A stretch of DNA of 64,000 bases, from assembly GCA_039024435.1 (NCBI GenBank), contig JBCCQH010000011.1:11940-75939 (forward strand), in the 5' to 3' direction. This DNA is from Bacteroidota bacterium. GTDB taxonomy: Bacteria; Bacteroidota; Bacteroidia; J057; JADKCL01. A program made the position numbers and the translations under genes. Positions 49,901 to 58,044 of the stretch are shown in pieces (within the stretch, counting starts at the first letter, position 1; the number at the start of each line of letters is the position of its first letter). A model generated the notes under the pieces. It did no database searches, was not told the DNA's origin, and saw only the letters and a list, made by a program, of their open reading frames with translations.

Positions 49901-51452
49901 CTGCCCGAGTTACGCGGATTCGGTGGAAGTTCGGGTCCACACCGATCCCACAGTAGAAGCGGGCTGGGACCGGGAGATTTGCTTGGGCGAAACCACCCTG
50001 CTGGACGCCCAAGCCGGGGGAGACTCCACAGCGACCTATTCCTTCCTCTGGTCCCCCACCGACGGCTTTATCAGCGACAGCACCGCCGAGGATCCCATCG
50101 TCGGGCCGGATACAACCACGACCTACTACGTGATCGCCATCACCAATTTTGGTTGCGAAAGTGCGCCCGATTCGGCGACGGTTTACTTGAAGCCTACGCC
50201 CATCGCCGAAGCGGGGCCGGACTTCTTTATCTGTGACGATGCCTGCGACACGCTGGCGGGAAGCTATTTCTACACCACGACCGACAGCGCTCCGAATGCC
50301 AGTCAGGTCTATTTTGCATGGAGCCCGGCGGCGGACCTGAGTGCGACTACAATCCTGGATCCGGTGGTCTGCCCGCCCAATTCCGGCTGGTACTACCTCG
50401 AAGTCCGGCACCGCGATTGCATCACTCAGGATTCGGTGCTCATCACGGTGGGACCGGAAATCTCGGCGGTGGCGGGGGGCGATACCAGCGTGATCTGCGC
50501 CAATGGATCGGTGCAACTGAACGCGGACAGCAGCTTGGGAACCGAGTTTACCTGGCTGCCTCCCCTCGGATTGGATGATCCGAACTCGCCCAATCCGGTG
50601 GCGAGTCCGGATACCACGACCACCTACACCCTGATTGTGAGCGAAGGCGGCTGTTTCGATACGACCGCTTACACGATTGAGATTCTTCCGGAGCCGGTCG
50701 CCGAGTACGCGAGTTCGGCACCGGAGGGCTGTGTACCCCACGATGTACATTTTACCAATTTGTCCCGCGACGGCATCTTCTACATCTGGGATTTCGGAGA
50801 CGGTTCTCCGGTGAGCAACGAGACCCATCCGGTCCACACCTACGCGGGCCCGGGGGCCTTTACGGTGACCTTGACCGCAGTTTCCGGCGGGGCCTGCGAT
50901 GGGGTGATCGATTCGATCCGCATCGTGGTGGAAGACACGGCCCGAGCGGCATTCGGCACGAATCCGGACTTTCCGGCGCAATTGTCCTTTCCGGCAACTT
51001 CGGTAGGCTTTACGGATCGTTCCCAAAATGCCACGTCCTGGTACTGGGATTTCGGGGATGGAATCACTTCTACCGAAACCAATCCGACCCACCAATACAC
51101 GGCGCCGGGTGAATATTTCGTGACGCTGGCGGTGAATTCGGCCCTGGGCTGCGTCTCGCGGGTCACCAACGGACCGTTTGTCATTGCCCTGCCAGAACTG
51201 TTCATCCCCAATGTTTTCAGTCCGAACGACGATGACATCAACGACCGATTCCTCGTGGAATACACCGGCGACCAACCTTTCCAGTTGACGGTGTACGACC
51301 GCTGGGGCGTGATGCTCTACGATGGCCGGAACAAGGTACAGGGTTGGAACGGCAAGGATCTGAATGGCAACGATGTGGCCACCGGGGTTTACTACTACTA
51401 CGTCCGGGTAGGCGACCGGGAGTACACGGGTGATTTGACTCTGGTACGGTGA
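43986..51452 (+). CDS. Giant SprB-repeat/PKD surface adhesin with gliding-motility (T9SS type B) CTD
   Basis: Signal peptide; NIDO-like head (PFNFCFYGNTY..GSNG); many SprB repeats (GGTPPY.Y.W..L.AGTY.VTVTD..C); PKD (WDFGDG); FIPNVFSPN.D.IND..YDRWG..WNG..GVYYY CTD. Confidence 0.93.
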   Translation: MLKRIGSPLLTPLFLIGMLTATFVRAQPTISCPAVIASPDTTLACSGCVNLNATPVAGSLPTSYTVQTIPYNPWPNTGTAIIVNQDDIWSGVLPIPFNFCFYGNTYNQCVVGSNGIVSFDVGQAGGYCPWPINNPIPNPANPTNCIMGPWHDTDPSVGGIIRWSVFGTAPCRVFVVSFNTIPMFSCNNLISTQQIVIYETTNIIETYIQAKPTCTTWNSGAAIHGLHNINGTAATVVPGRNFPTQWTVNNDARRFVPSGPQNFTVNWFQVGNATPIATTQTTQVCPTVNTDYYAEVVYTNCDNSTVTVRDTVMIGVAGPQISLNPTINNPSCPGATDGTITVSPAGGLAPYTYAWSPNGGNGATTTPLGAGTYTVSVTDANNCVAIDSFTLTDPPAIQISTTSTDASCNGGSDGAASATASGGTPGYNYFWVPGNIAGPNATNLSAGTYTVFVSDQNNCLDSATVTINQPPALTTSVSATAVSCAGGGNGTATATAGGGTPPYGYLWNTNPAQTTATATGLSGGTYIVTVTDANLCPALDTITVAEPLPIIAQVNNLQNVSCNGSADGWAVVSVTGQQGPVTYTWNTNPVQTTDSASGLPPGTWTVTATDSLGCTATASVTISEPAPIGLTMNGQNISCFNAADGCANVVVTGGNGNYSYDWSNGGTVDSICNLAPGTYVVTVTDTFSTGTNNRILYFEDFDGLVNWTLNVASGSNGADHNFWVVNDNEGGLPPPACGTANNGDSTLHITSVAFPNGGAAYDAGGLCGTLFCPETNMRAESPVISTVGYSSITLEFNFIANGDSIFDNASVVMNDGSGWTTVVPSLKSNVCLNLQGEWQNFSVVLPPSADNNPNLRVGFNWTNNDDGIGTDPSVSINNVQLRTAAANTPAIFCTAVDSVTITQPDSLAATFTVIDVPCNGDSTGCIGVNLTGGNGNYSYLWSNGATSDSICGLAAGVYTLTVTDTSAVTSGSSSVTVYTEDFDGTATWNLNVPTGTLGANPNFWVINDNEGGVLPPGCGVANNGDSTLHITSFIFPTAGAAYDAGGLCGILTCPETNYRAESPTISTIGISNLTLSFDYISVGQGLIDNASVVYNDGTGWQVLNPSIKSLTCVNLQGQWTAISLALPPSCNNIPNLQVGFNWTNNDDGAGSDPSIAVNNLEIDGITAGSSTPVTCVLIDSAVVGEPPALALSINGYDASCFGTSDGAAAVSASGGTPGYSVVWNTTQTGDSISGLPAGTYTALVADTLGCLDSISVTINQPTPITLTMSSIPVTCNGDTSGCAIVTASGGSGGYTYLWSTAATNDTSCSLGAGIYTVTVTDTASAACFAIDSVVVTEPSAVSLSATATGAACSTATGTATVSASGGTAPYTYNWNTTPVQTTPTAVNLLPGVYLVTVTDTLGCTDTLNVTVPDIPAPTITLVSTMDVSCFGGNDGSATVSTAGGTPPVTVTWNSPLPQTGLTATGLPAGTYTATVTDTFGCTNAVTVTIGEPTPLTLTLSGNTATCNLSNGDATVVASGGTSPYQVLWSNAQSSNTIGGLAAGVYSVTVTDNNQCQVIDSIAIGQTGNPVQNVTAISPVSCSGGNDGAATVQVSLGVPPYTITWNTNPPQIGVNAIGLSAGTYLVTALDQNGCSATDTVIVTEPTPVSGTASATDVTCFATIPNGTAGILASGGTSPYTYAWGTTPVQTTAQATGLSPGTYSVTVTDANGCTYVDDATVGQQPVPSVVAGPDASFCEGDGGALIFATASGGVPGYYYQWWCDSTNTFCGLDSINDNDPIANPTVSTTYYVQVFDTNGCPSNIDSLFVTILPKPIVDAGPDIFLCGDSAPCQVLNPVIVNNAQLSGIYGYNWSPGAGLNDSTIATPCARPDTTTIYSLVVTDSTSGCASELTTTDTLATITVHVNPIPIAEAGPDLDICDGDSVLLQGFGTGAGPDYTYQWTPGTLVVDSTVANPIAFPPFTTIFSLVVNSNGCPSYADSVEVRVHTDPTVEAGWDREICLGETTLLDAQAGGDSTATYSFLWSPTDGFISDSTAEDPIVGPDTTTTYYVIAITNFGCESAPDSATVYLKPTPIAEAGPDFFICDDACDTLAGSYFYTTTDSAPNASQVYFAWSPAADLSATTILDPVVCPPNSGWYYLEVRHRDCITQDSVLITVGPEISAVAGGDTSVICANGSVQLNADSSLGTEFTWLPPLGLDDPNSPNPVASPDTTTTYTLIVSEGGCFDTTAYTIEILPEPVAEYASSAPEGCVPHDVHFTNLSRDGIFYIWDFGDGSPVSNETHPVHTYAGPGAFTVTLTAVSGGACDGVIDSIRIVVEDTARAAFGTNPDFPAQLSFPATSVGFTDRSQNATSWYWDFGDGITSTETNPTHQYTAPGEYFVTLAVNSALGCVSRVTNGPFVIALPELFIPNVFSPNDDDINDRFLVEYTGDQPFQLTVYDRWGVMLYDGRNKVQGWNGKDLNGNDVATGVYYYYVRVGDREYTGDLTLVR

Positions 51453-51617
51453 TGTGGTGAACGGTACACGGATGGAAGGGTAAACGGTGCGCGGATTTTC
51501 GGCTTGTGGGGATTGATTTGGCCGCCGTTCGCCAAGGATATTTGGCAGTTGGGCGAAATCCGGCGAGGTAAATCCTGAATTCTACTAACTTTGAAATGAA
51601 TCTGGATTCTTAATTTG

Positions 51618-51625
51618 TATATTTG
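51618..51625 (+). promoter_or_regulatory. Bacteroidota -7 promoter box for the second adhesin
   Basis: TATATTTG ending 36 nt upstream of ATG 51662. Confidence 0.5.
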
Positions 51626-51661
51626 AATCGCCTAATCAGGTGTAGAATTTAAGCCTCACGC

Positions 51662-54600
51662 ATGCGTCACAATCGCTATTGTCTTTCCATATCACTTGCC
51701 ACCCTATTTTTCCTATTGTTGGGACCTACCTCATTTGGGCAGTTGATCACTGTACCCAATACCAACGCAACGCAGTTGGTCAATACGCTGATCGGTCCCG
51801 GAGTATTTGTTTCTAACATCACTTCTACGTTTGCGCCCAACTCGGTAGGGACGTTTACCAGCAATGGTTCCAATATCGGGATCAACAACGGGGTCATATT
51901 GACGTCGGGCAGCGTGGCCAATGCTCCCGGTCCCAACAACCAAGCCGGCGCCACTACCGCCAATGGATCGCCCGGCGATCCGGATTTGAATGCGATCACC
52001 ACCCCCAACCCTACGTTTGATGCGGCGATCCTTGAATTTGACTTGGTGGCCACCTGCGACACGATTCAAATCTCTTATGTGTTTGCCTCGGAAGAATATC
52101 CCGAGTTCGTGTGTTCTTCCTTCAATGACGTATTTGCGTTTTTCATTTCCGGTCCCGGGATCGTCGGGCAGCAAAACATCGCCCTCATTCCCGGCAGTAC
52201 CACTCCCGTGGCCATCAACACGGTCAACAACTTTACGGGTATTCCCGGCCCGGGCTGCATCACCACGAACTCCAATTTTTACATCGACAACACCAATGGC
52301 GCAACCGTGCAGTACGATGGGTTTACCGTTCCGCTGCTGGCCAAGGCGGTGGTTCAGCCTTGTTCGACTTACCGGTTGAAGCTCGCCATCGCCGACGCGG
52401 GGGACGCCTCGCTGGACTCCGGAGTATTCTTGGAAGCGGGGGGAATCCGCTGCGCCTCGCAGATCGTACAGGTAGAATCGGAGGTAAATAGCGCCACCGC
52501 TAATTCTGCGGTCGAGGGCTGCGTGGACGGTACCTTTACCTTTATCCGGGAAGGTGATTCCTCGCAAGCGCAAACGGTATTTTACTCCGTTGGTGGTTCG
52601 GCCACGCCCGGAGTGGATTATCCGCCCCTGCCCGGATCGGTCACTTTCCCGCCCAATGTCGATACCCTGGTCGTCACGGTCAGTGCTTTCCTCGACCAGT
52701 TGGTGGAAGGCAACGAAACGATTTTCCTCATTCTCCAGGATACCGTCTGCCAAAACCTTCTCGCCGATACCGCGACGATCATCATTCAGGATCCTCCGAC
52801 GGTAAGCGCAGGGCCGGCACAGAGCATGTGCGCCAACAGTACCATTAATATCGGCGCGCCCCCCACCCCATTCAATACATATACCTGGACCCCCGGGGCC
52901 GGACTGAGTAGTGCCACTGTGGCCGATCCTCAATTGACCCTATCGACGCCCGGCGTCTATCAGTACAATGTTGTTCTCACCGATACCAATGGCTGTACCC
53001 AGGAGGACTCGGTCGACATCACGGTCCAAGTGCTCCCGGAATCCCCCTTTAATTTCCCACAGGCCCTTTGTACGGCGCAGCCGGGAACATTTACCTACAC
53101 CGGACCTTCACCGCCCACCGCCACGTACAACTGGACCTTTACCGGCGGAAATGTCATCTCGGGAACCGGTCAGGGACCCTATCAAGTCAGTTGGGCTACC
53201 CCGGGGAATTATGCAGTGACTCTGGAAGTAACCGAAGGGATTTGTACGAGTACCATCACCTCAAATATGGTCATGGTCACGCCTCTCCCCCAGCTTGCGC
53301 TGACCGCGCAAGATGTCAGTTGCAATGGTTTTTCCGACGGGAGCATTGCGGCTACAGTCACGAGTGGTACACCCGGATTTACTTACAATTGGAGTGTGCC
53401 CGGAAGCGGCGCTACGGTTTCGGGCTTGCCCGTCGGTACCTACCAGGCGATTGTGAGCGATTCCCTGGGTTGTGCCGATACCGCCTCAATTGCCCTGACC
53501 CAGCCGGCACCCCTGAACAATACCTTGAGCTTCACGCCCATCCCCTGTTTTGGCGGGGCGACTTCGGCGACGGCCAATCCCACCGGCGGCACCGGTGTCT
53601 ACAGCTACAACTGGTCGAATGGCGACCAAACGCAAACCGCGACTGGTCTCACCACGGGCACTTGGAGCGTCACGATCACCGACAATACTGGCGGGGTTCA
53701 GCCTTGTCAGTTTGTTGACCAAATCACCCTCAGTGAACCGTTGCCCCTGGTGGTCACTGCCTCTTCGACGATTGCTTCGTGTGGCCAAAGCAATGGTACG
53801 GCCACGGCATTTGCCACGGGTGGCACCCCACCCTACAGCTACAGTTGGACTGGGGGCGGCCTCACAGCATTCGTCAACAACCTGGCCCCCGGCACCTACA
53901 CCGTCACGGTGACCGACGCCAACGGCTGTTCCACGACTGTCTCTACGGATGTATTGCAAACGCCCTTCCCGGTCGTAACCGCGGGCGCGGACACTTCCTT
54001 TTGTGAAGGTGAAGGCGGGGTGACCATCTCGGCCAGTGGCTCCAGTGGAACCACGCCTTATTACTACACTTGGTCCTGCGCGAACCCTCCCTGTGGCCTC
54101 GACTCGATCAACGACAATGATCCCCTCGCCAATCCGAGCGTGAGTCAGTGGTACTACGTTCAAATTACCGACGGAAACGGCTGTTTAAGCAATATCGACT
54201 CGGTCTTTGTAACCATCATCCCGAAACCGGTGGTGAACGCCGGACCGGACATCTTCTTGTGCGGCCTCAATGCGCCCTGCCAAGTGCTCAACCCTACCGT
54301 AAGCAGCAGCAGTGGTTTCCTCGGCTACCAATGGATTCCCGGCACCGGGCTGAATGACAGCACGATTCTCAATCCTTGTGCCCGACCCGATACCACTACC
54401 ACTTACACCCTGGTCGTGACCGATTCGGCGACCGGCTGTACGAGTGATTTTACCACCACCGATACCCTTTCGACGGTGGTGGTCCACGTCAACCCGGTTC
54501 CCATCGCAAATGCTGGGCCGGACATTGACATCTGTGAGGGCGATTCTGTGGTGCTCCAAGGTTTCGGTTTTGGGGCGGGGCCCGATTACACCTATCAGTG

Positions 54601-56248
54601 GAGCCCCAACAATACCCTCAGCGATTCTACCATTCCGAATCCGATTGCTTTCCCGCCGCTCACCACGGAATACACCCTGATCGCAACCTCCAACGGTTGT
54701 CCGAGTACGGGAGACAATGTTTTGGTCACCGTCCACACGAATCCCACGGTGGATGCAGGCCAGGACCGGGACATCTGCCAGGGCGATTCCGCCCAACTGG
54801 ACGCGGTCGCCGGAGGTGACAGCACGGCGACCTACTCTTTCTTGTGGACACCGCCGCAATTCCTGAACGATTCCACCCTGGAGGATCCATTGGCGGGCCC
54901 GAATACTACGACCATGTTCTACGTGCAGTCGACGACGAATTTTGGCTGCCTCAGTCCGGTCGACTCTGTACTGGTGACCGTCACGTCCACTCCGGTCGCC
55001 GATGCGGGAGATCCGGTGACCATTTGTCTGGGCAATAGCGTCCAGTTGCAAGGCGGGGTAAGTTTCATTGGCACCCTGCCGCCGGCCAGCCCCAACGATA
55101 TCTTTTACGATTGGGCCCCCGCGGGAGAACTGAGCGACCCCAATATTGCCGATCCGGTGCTCACCCCGACGCAAAGTGGCTGGTGGTACTTCACGGCGAC
55201 GACCGGGGATTGCAGTCACACCGATTCGGTATTCATTACCGTAATCCCCGAAATCGAAGTTGCCGTCACCGCGGATACCAATGTTACCTGTGCGGGCGAC
55301 AGCGTGCTCCTGACCGCTACCGCTGGCTTGGGCGGGGCGAGCTTTACTTGGTTGCCCGCTACTGGTCTATCCGATCCATTGTCAGCCGTGACCACGGCGG
55401 CACCGGCCCAAACCACGACCTATCTAGTAATTGCGGCCGAAGGTGGCTGTGCGGATACTGCCGAAGTCACGATTGAAGTACTGCCGACTCCTCAGGCAAG
55501 TTTCCTGAGTTCATCGGGGCGGGGCTGCGTTCCCCATACGGTCAGCTTTACCCAGACCGCGATTGATGGTACGTTCTACGTCTGGGACTTCGGCGACGGC
55601 AGTCCGGTTTCCAATGAGCAAAGCCCCCTGCACGAATACACCGTCCCCGGCAATTACAGTGTCAATCTGACCGTTGTTGCGCCGGGTGGCTGTTCCTCGA
55701 CCTTTACCAGTTCGGACATTTTGGTGGTTGAGCCGCCGCGTGCGGATTTCCGCAGCGATCCGGAGTTTCCGGCACAAATGGCCCTTCCGGCAACGAGCGT
55801 CCAATTTTTCGACAATTCCGAAGGAGCAAGCAGTTACACTTGGGAGTTCGGGGATGGCGCGATTTCCTCGGAGACCGATCCCACTTATACTTACCTCGGC
55901 GAGGGCAGTTACACCGTGACGCTTACGGTCACGAATGCGGAGGGCTGCCGCAATGCGGTCACCCACGGGCCTTTCGTGATCACGACGCCGGACCTGTTCA
56001 TTCCCAATGTCTTCTCGCCCAACGGCGATGGCATCAATGATCGATTCCTGGTGGAATACAATGGTTCGCAACCATTCCGAGTTCAGGTGTATGACCGCTG
56101 GGGAGTGGAGCTCTACGAGAGCCGGGACCGGGTAAAAGGCTGGAATGGCCAAAACGCTTCGGGTCTTGATGTCCCGGACGGAGTGTACTACTACCGCATC
56201 GCCGTCGGCGACAAGGAATATGCTGGCTCCGTGACGCTGGTCCGATAG
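51662..56248 (+). CDS. Choice-of-anchor L / Calx-beta-like / SprB / PKD adhesin with gliding-motility CTD
   Basis: GVILTSG, DAAILEFD, YVFASEEYPEF, NDVFAFFISGPG, QYDGFT, KLAIADAGD..DSGVF; same CTD as the upstream gene. Confidence 0.93.
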   Translation: MRHNRYCLSISLATLFFLLLGPTSFGQLITVPNTNATQLVNTLIGPGVFVSNITSTFAPNSVGTFTSNGSNIGINNGVILTSGSVANAPGPNNQAGATTANGSPGDPDLNAITTPNPTFDAAILEFDLVATCDTIQISYVFASEEYPEFVCSSFNDVFAFFISGPGIVGQQNIALIPGSTTPVAINTVNNFTGIPGPGCITTNSNFYIDNTNGATVQYDGFTVPLLAKAVVQPCSTYRLKLAIADAGDASLDSGVFLEAGGIRCASQIVQVESEVNSATANSAVEGCVDGTFTFIREGDSSQAQTVFYSVGGSATPGVDYPPLPGSVTFPPNVDTLVVTVSAFLDQLVEGNETIFLILQDTVCQNLLADTATIIIQDPPTVSAGPAQSMCANSTINIGAPPTPFNTYTWTPGAGLSSATVADPQLTLSTPGVYQYNVVLTDTNGCTQEDSVDITVQVLPESPFNFPQALCTAQPGTFTYTGPSPPTATYNWTFTGGNVISGTGQGPYQVSWATPGNYAVTLEVTEGICTSTITSNMVMVTPLPQLALTAQDVSCNGFSDGSIAATVTSGTPGFTYNWSVPGSGATVSGLPVGTYQAIVSDSLGCADTASIALTQPAPLNNTLSFTPIPCFGGATSATANPTGGTGVYSYNWSNGDQTQTATGLTTGTWSVTITDNTGGVQPCQFVDQITLSEPLPLVVTASSTIASCGQSNGTATAFATGGTPPYSYSWTGGGLTAFVNNLAPGTYTVTVTDANGCSTTVSTDVLQTPFPVVTAGADTSFCEGEGGVTISASGSSGTTPYYYTWSCANPPCGLDSINDNDPLANPSVSQWYYVQITDGNGCLSNIDSVFVTIIPKPVVNAGPDIFLCGLNAPCQVLNPTVSSSSGFLGYQWIPGTGLNDSTILNPCARPDTTTTYTLVVTDSATGCTSDFTTTDTLSTVVVHVNPVPIANAGPDIDICEGDSVVLQGFGFGAGPDYTYQWSPNNTLSDSTIPNPIAFPPLTTEYTLIATSNGCPSTGDNVLVTVHTNPTVDAGQDRDICQGDSAQLDAVAGGDSTATYSFLWTPPQFLNDSTLEDPLAGPNTTTMFYVQSTTNFGCLSPVDSVLVTVTSTPVADAGDPVTICLGNSVQLQGGVSFIGTLPPASPNDIFYDWAPAGELSDPNIADPVLTPTQSGWWYFTATTGDCSHTDSVFITVIPEIEVAVTADTNVTCAGDSVLLTATAGLGGASFTWLPATGLSDPLSAVTTAAPAQTTTYLVIAAEGGCADTAEVTIEVLPTPQASFLSSSGRGCVPHTVSFTQTAIDGTFYVWDFGDGSPVSNEQSPLHEYTVPGNYSVNLTVVAPGGCSSTFTSSDILVVEPPRADFRSDPEFPAQMALPATSVQFFDNSEGASSYTWEFGDGAISSETDPTYTYLGEGSYTVTLTVTNAEGCRNAVTHGPFVITTPDLFIPNVFSPNGDGINDRFLVEYNGSQPFRVQVYDRWGVELYESRDRVKGWNGQNASGLDVPDGVYYYRIAVGDKEYAGSVTLVR

Positions 56249-56273
56249 CCAAACGCTCACAATTGATAGAATA

Positions 56274-56305
56274 AAGCCCCGGTTCAGAACCGGGGCTTAT
56301 TTTTT
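56274..56305 (+). terminator. Rho-independent terminator
   Basis: AAGCCCCGGTTC-A-GAACCGGGGCTT followed by a T-tract. Confidence 0.85.
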
Positions 56306-56525
56306 GAGAGTGGTGATTCATTCCTTCAAGGGGGTCCAGGTACGGGCAGACTGGGCTGGGTCGGTGTCGAACATTCTCCGGTTCAGTCGAAGTGGCTTTG
56401 CCGCCGGGGGGGAGTAAACCCATCGGCAGTCTCACGCAAGATCTCGCGCGGCCACGGACACAGTTTCGGATGCAGGATGCGGCCATAGCAACGCAGAATG
56501 GGCCGGAACTGGGCTTGTTACCGGG

Positions 56526-56903
56526 CTAATTCTCATCCGGGGTCTCGCCTTTGCTGCGGGCAAATCGCTCCTCCAGCAAGGCATTGATCTTTTGTAGATA
56601 TGCATTTTCTTTTTCGAGACCTTCCTTCTCTCGCTCGAGCAGGTTGCGTTCTGCGATGCACTTTGCGCAGTCGTCTTGTGGGGGGGGCCCGTCTTCAAGG
56701 GTCAAGTCGTGGCTGTAAACGCGAAAAAAATCGTAGTCCAAAGCATAGCAGAGTTTGACCAACAAACGCGTGTCGATTGACTTGCGCTTGTATATGCCGT
56801 AAACGTTCTGCTTCGAGGTATCGATCTTTGCCCCCAGTTCGGTGGGTCCAATCCTCAAATCTTTTGCACGTTGCTTGACCAGCGCCCCAATATGTATATC
56901 CAT
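56526..56903 (-). CDS. XRE-family HTH transcriptional regulator with C-terminal coiled coil
   Basis: HIG.LVK......IG.TELG..I.TSKQNVY.I..R.SIDT..L..L..AL.YDFF; LE.ENAYLQKINALLE. Confidence 0.85.
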   Translation of the reverse strand: MDIHIGALVKQRAKDLRIGPTELGAKIDTSKQNVYGIYKRKSIDTRLLVKLCYALDYDFFRVYSHDLTLEDGPPPQDDCAKCIAERNLLEREKEGLEKENAYLQKINALLEERFARSKGETPDEN

Positions 56904-57605
56904 GCCTAAATAAATTACATCTTTAGAAAGCTGTGCTCGTCTCGCTTACTGCCAGCTGAAGTCAACTTACCTTCAACATTTCATAGTCAGGAATACGGGA
57001 TCCTTCAATCCAATTCTCATAATTAGAGCAAGCAAAAACTTACGTTTTTACCGACCGCTGACTGAATGGATAAAAGGTCAGGAATTCATGACAGATCGGA
57101 CGATAAACTAAACTTTGTCGTCAGTTAAGTACGATATTTTTGCGATAAAATCCAAAATCCAAAACATTGCTTTCCCGGCAGTGGCTCCCCAGAATGCACC
57201 TTAGTCCCCCAAAGCCTACCGCGCTGCAATCGCGGAATCGTGCCATTGAGCGCCGATTTTCCCTCTTCTACCCCAGATTGGTACGATTAAACAAAGTTCT
57301 GTGCCCTTCTTTCATTGACTCCGCAAAGCAGGAGATCCTTGCCCCCGCATTTGGCCCGTAGTCGACATATTCAATTCAACATTGAATTATTACATACCTG
57401 GATTTGCCGAATCATTAATGAATGGTTGCCGATGTTCAATAAATATGCGATATGCGTTTAATAATTTGACAAATGATATTCATTTCATGAAAATATACTC
57501 CGCAATTTGCAGAGTGGCCCCTTCCAAGGGTCGCCACCGATTGGTCCGGACGCAACCTTTTTTTCAGAATGGAGTATTCAGTATTGAATTAGTAAATAAA
57601 AGTAA

Positions 57606-57974
57606 ATGGAAAAAGCGCTCATGCAAGATGCCTATCGCTCCCGAAAATACGCCAAGTTGGCCTTGTCCGTCGCGTGTGACATTATTGGGATGACGACATT
57701 TCTGATTCCCGGGGTCGGAGAAGTCGGCGACCTGATTTGGGCTCCCCTTTCTTCCGCCGTCGCATTTCTTATGTTTGGCGGAATCACCGGCGCTCTGGGA
57801 GCCACCGGAAACTTCGTCGAAGAGTTTCTCCCCGGCACGGATGTGATCCCCAGCCTGACGCTGACCTGGCTACTCAAGTACGGTGTGCTCGACAAGCATT
57901 CCTTTACCGCCTTTGCCCGGCGGCGCGCCCGGAAAAAGCAAAAAAAGAGGCTGAGAATTCCCGATCCCCGATGA
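57606..57974 (+). CDS. Small membrane protein (hypothetical)
   Basis: D.IG..TF.IP.VGE..D.IWAP and F.EE.LP.TD.IP..TL.W duplicated helix-hairpin pattern. Confidence 0.75.
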   Translation: MEKALMQDAYRSRKYAKLALSVACDIIGMTTFLIPGVGEVGDLIWAPLSSAVAFLMFGGITGALGATGNFVEEFLPGTDVIPSLTLTWLLKYGVLDKHSFTAFARRRARKKQKKRLRIPDPR

Positions 57975-58044
57975 ACGCCCTTTGTACCGTAACCCAAAGT
58001 AGAAATTGGAAATTTCCCGATTGGAAACTGGGAATTTTTCCCGG

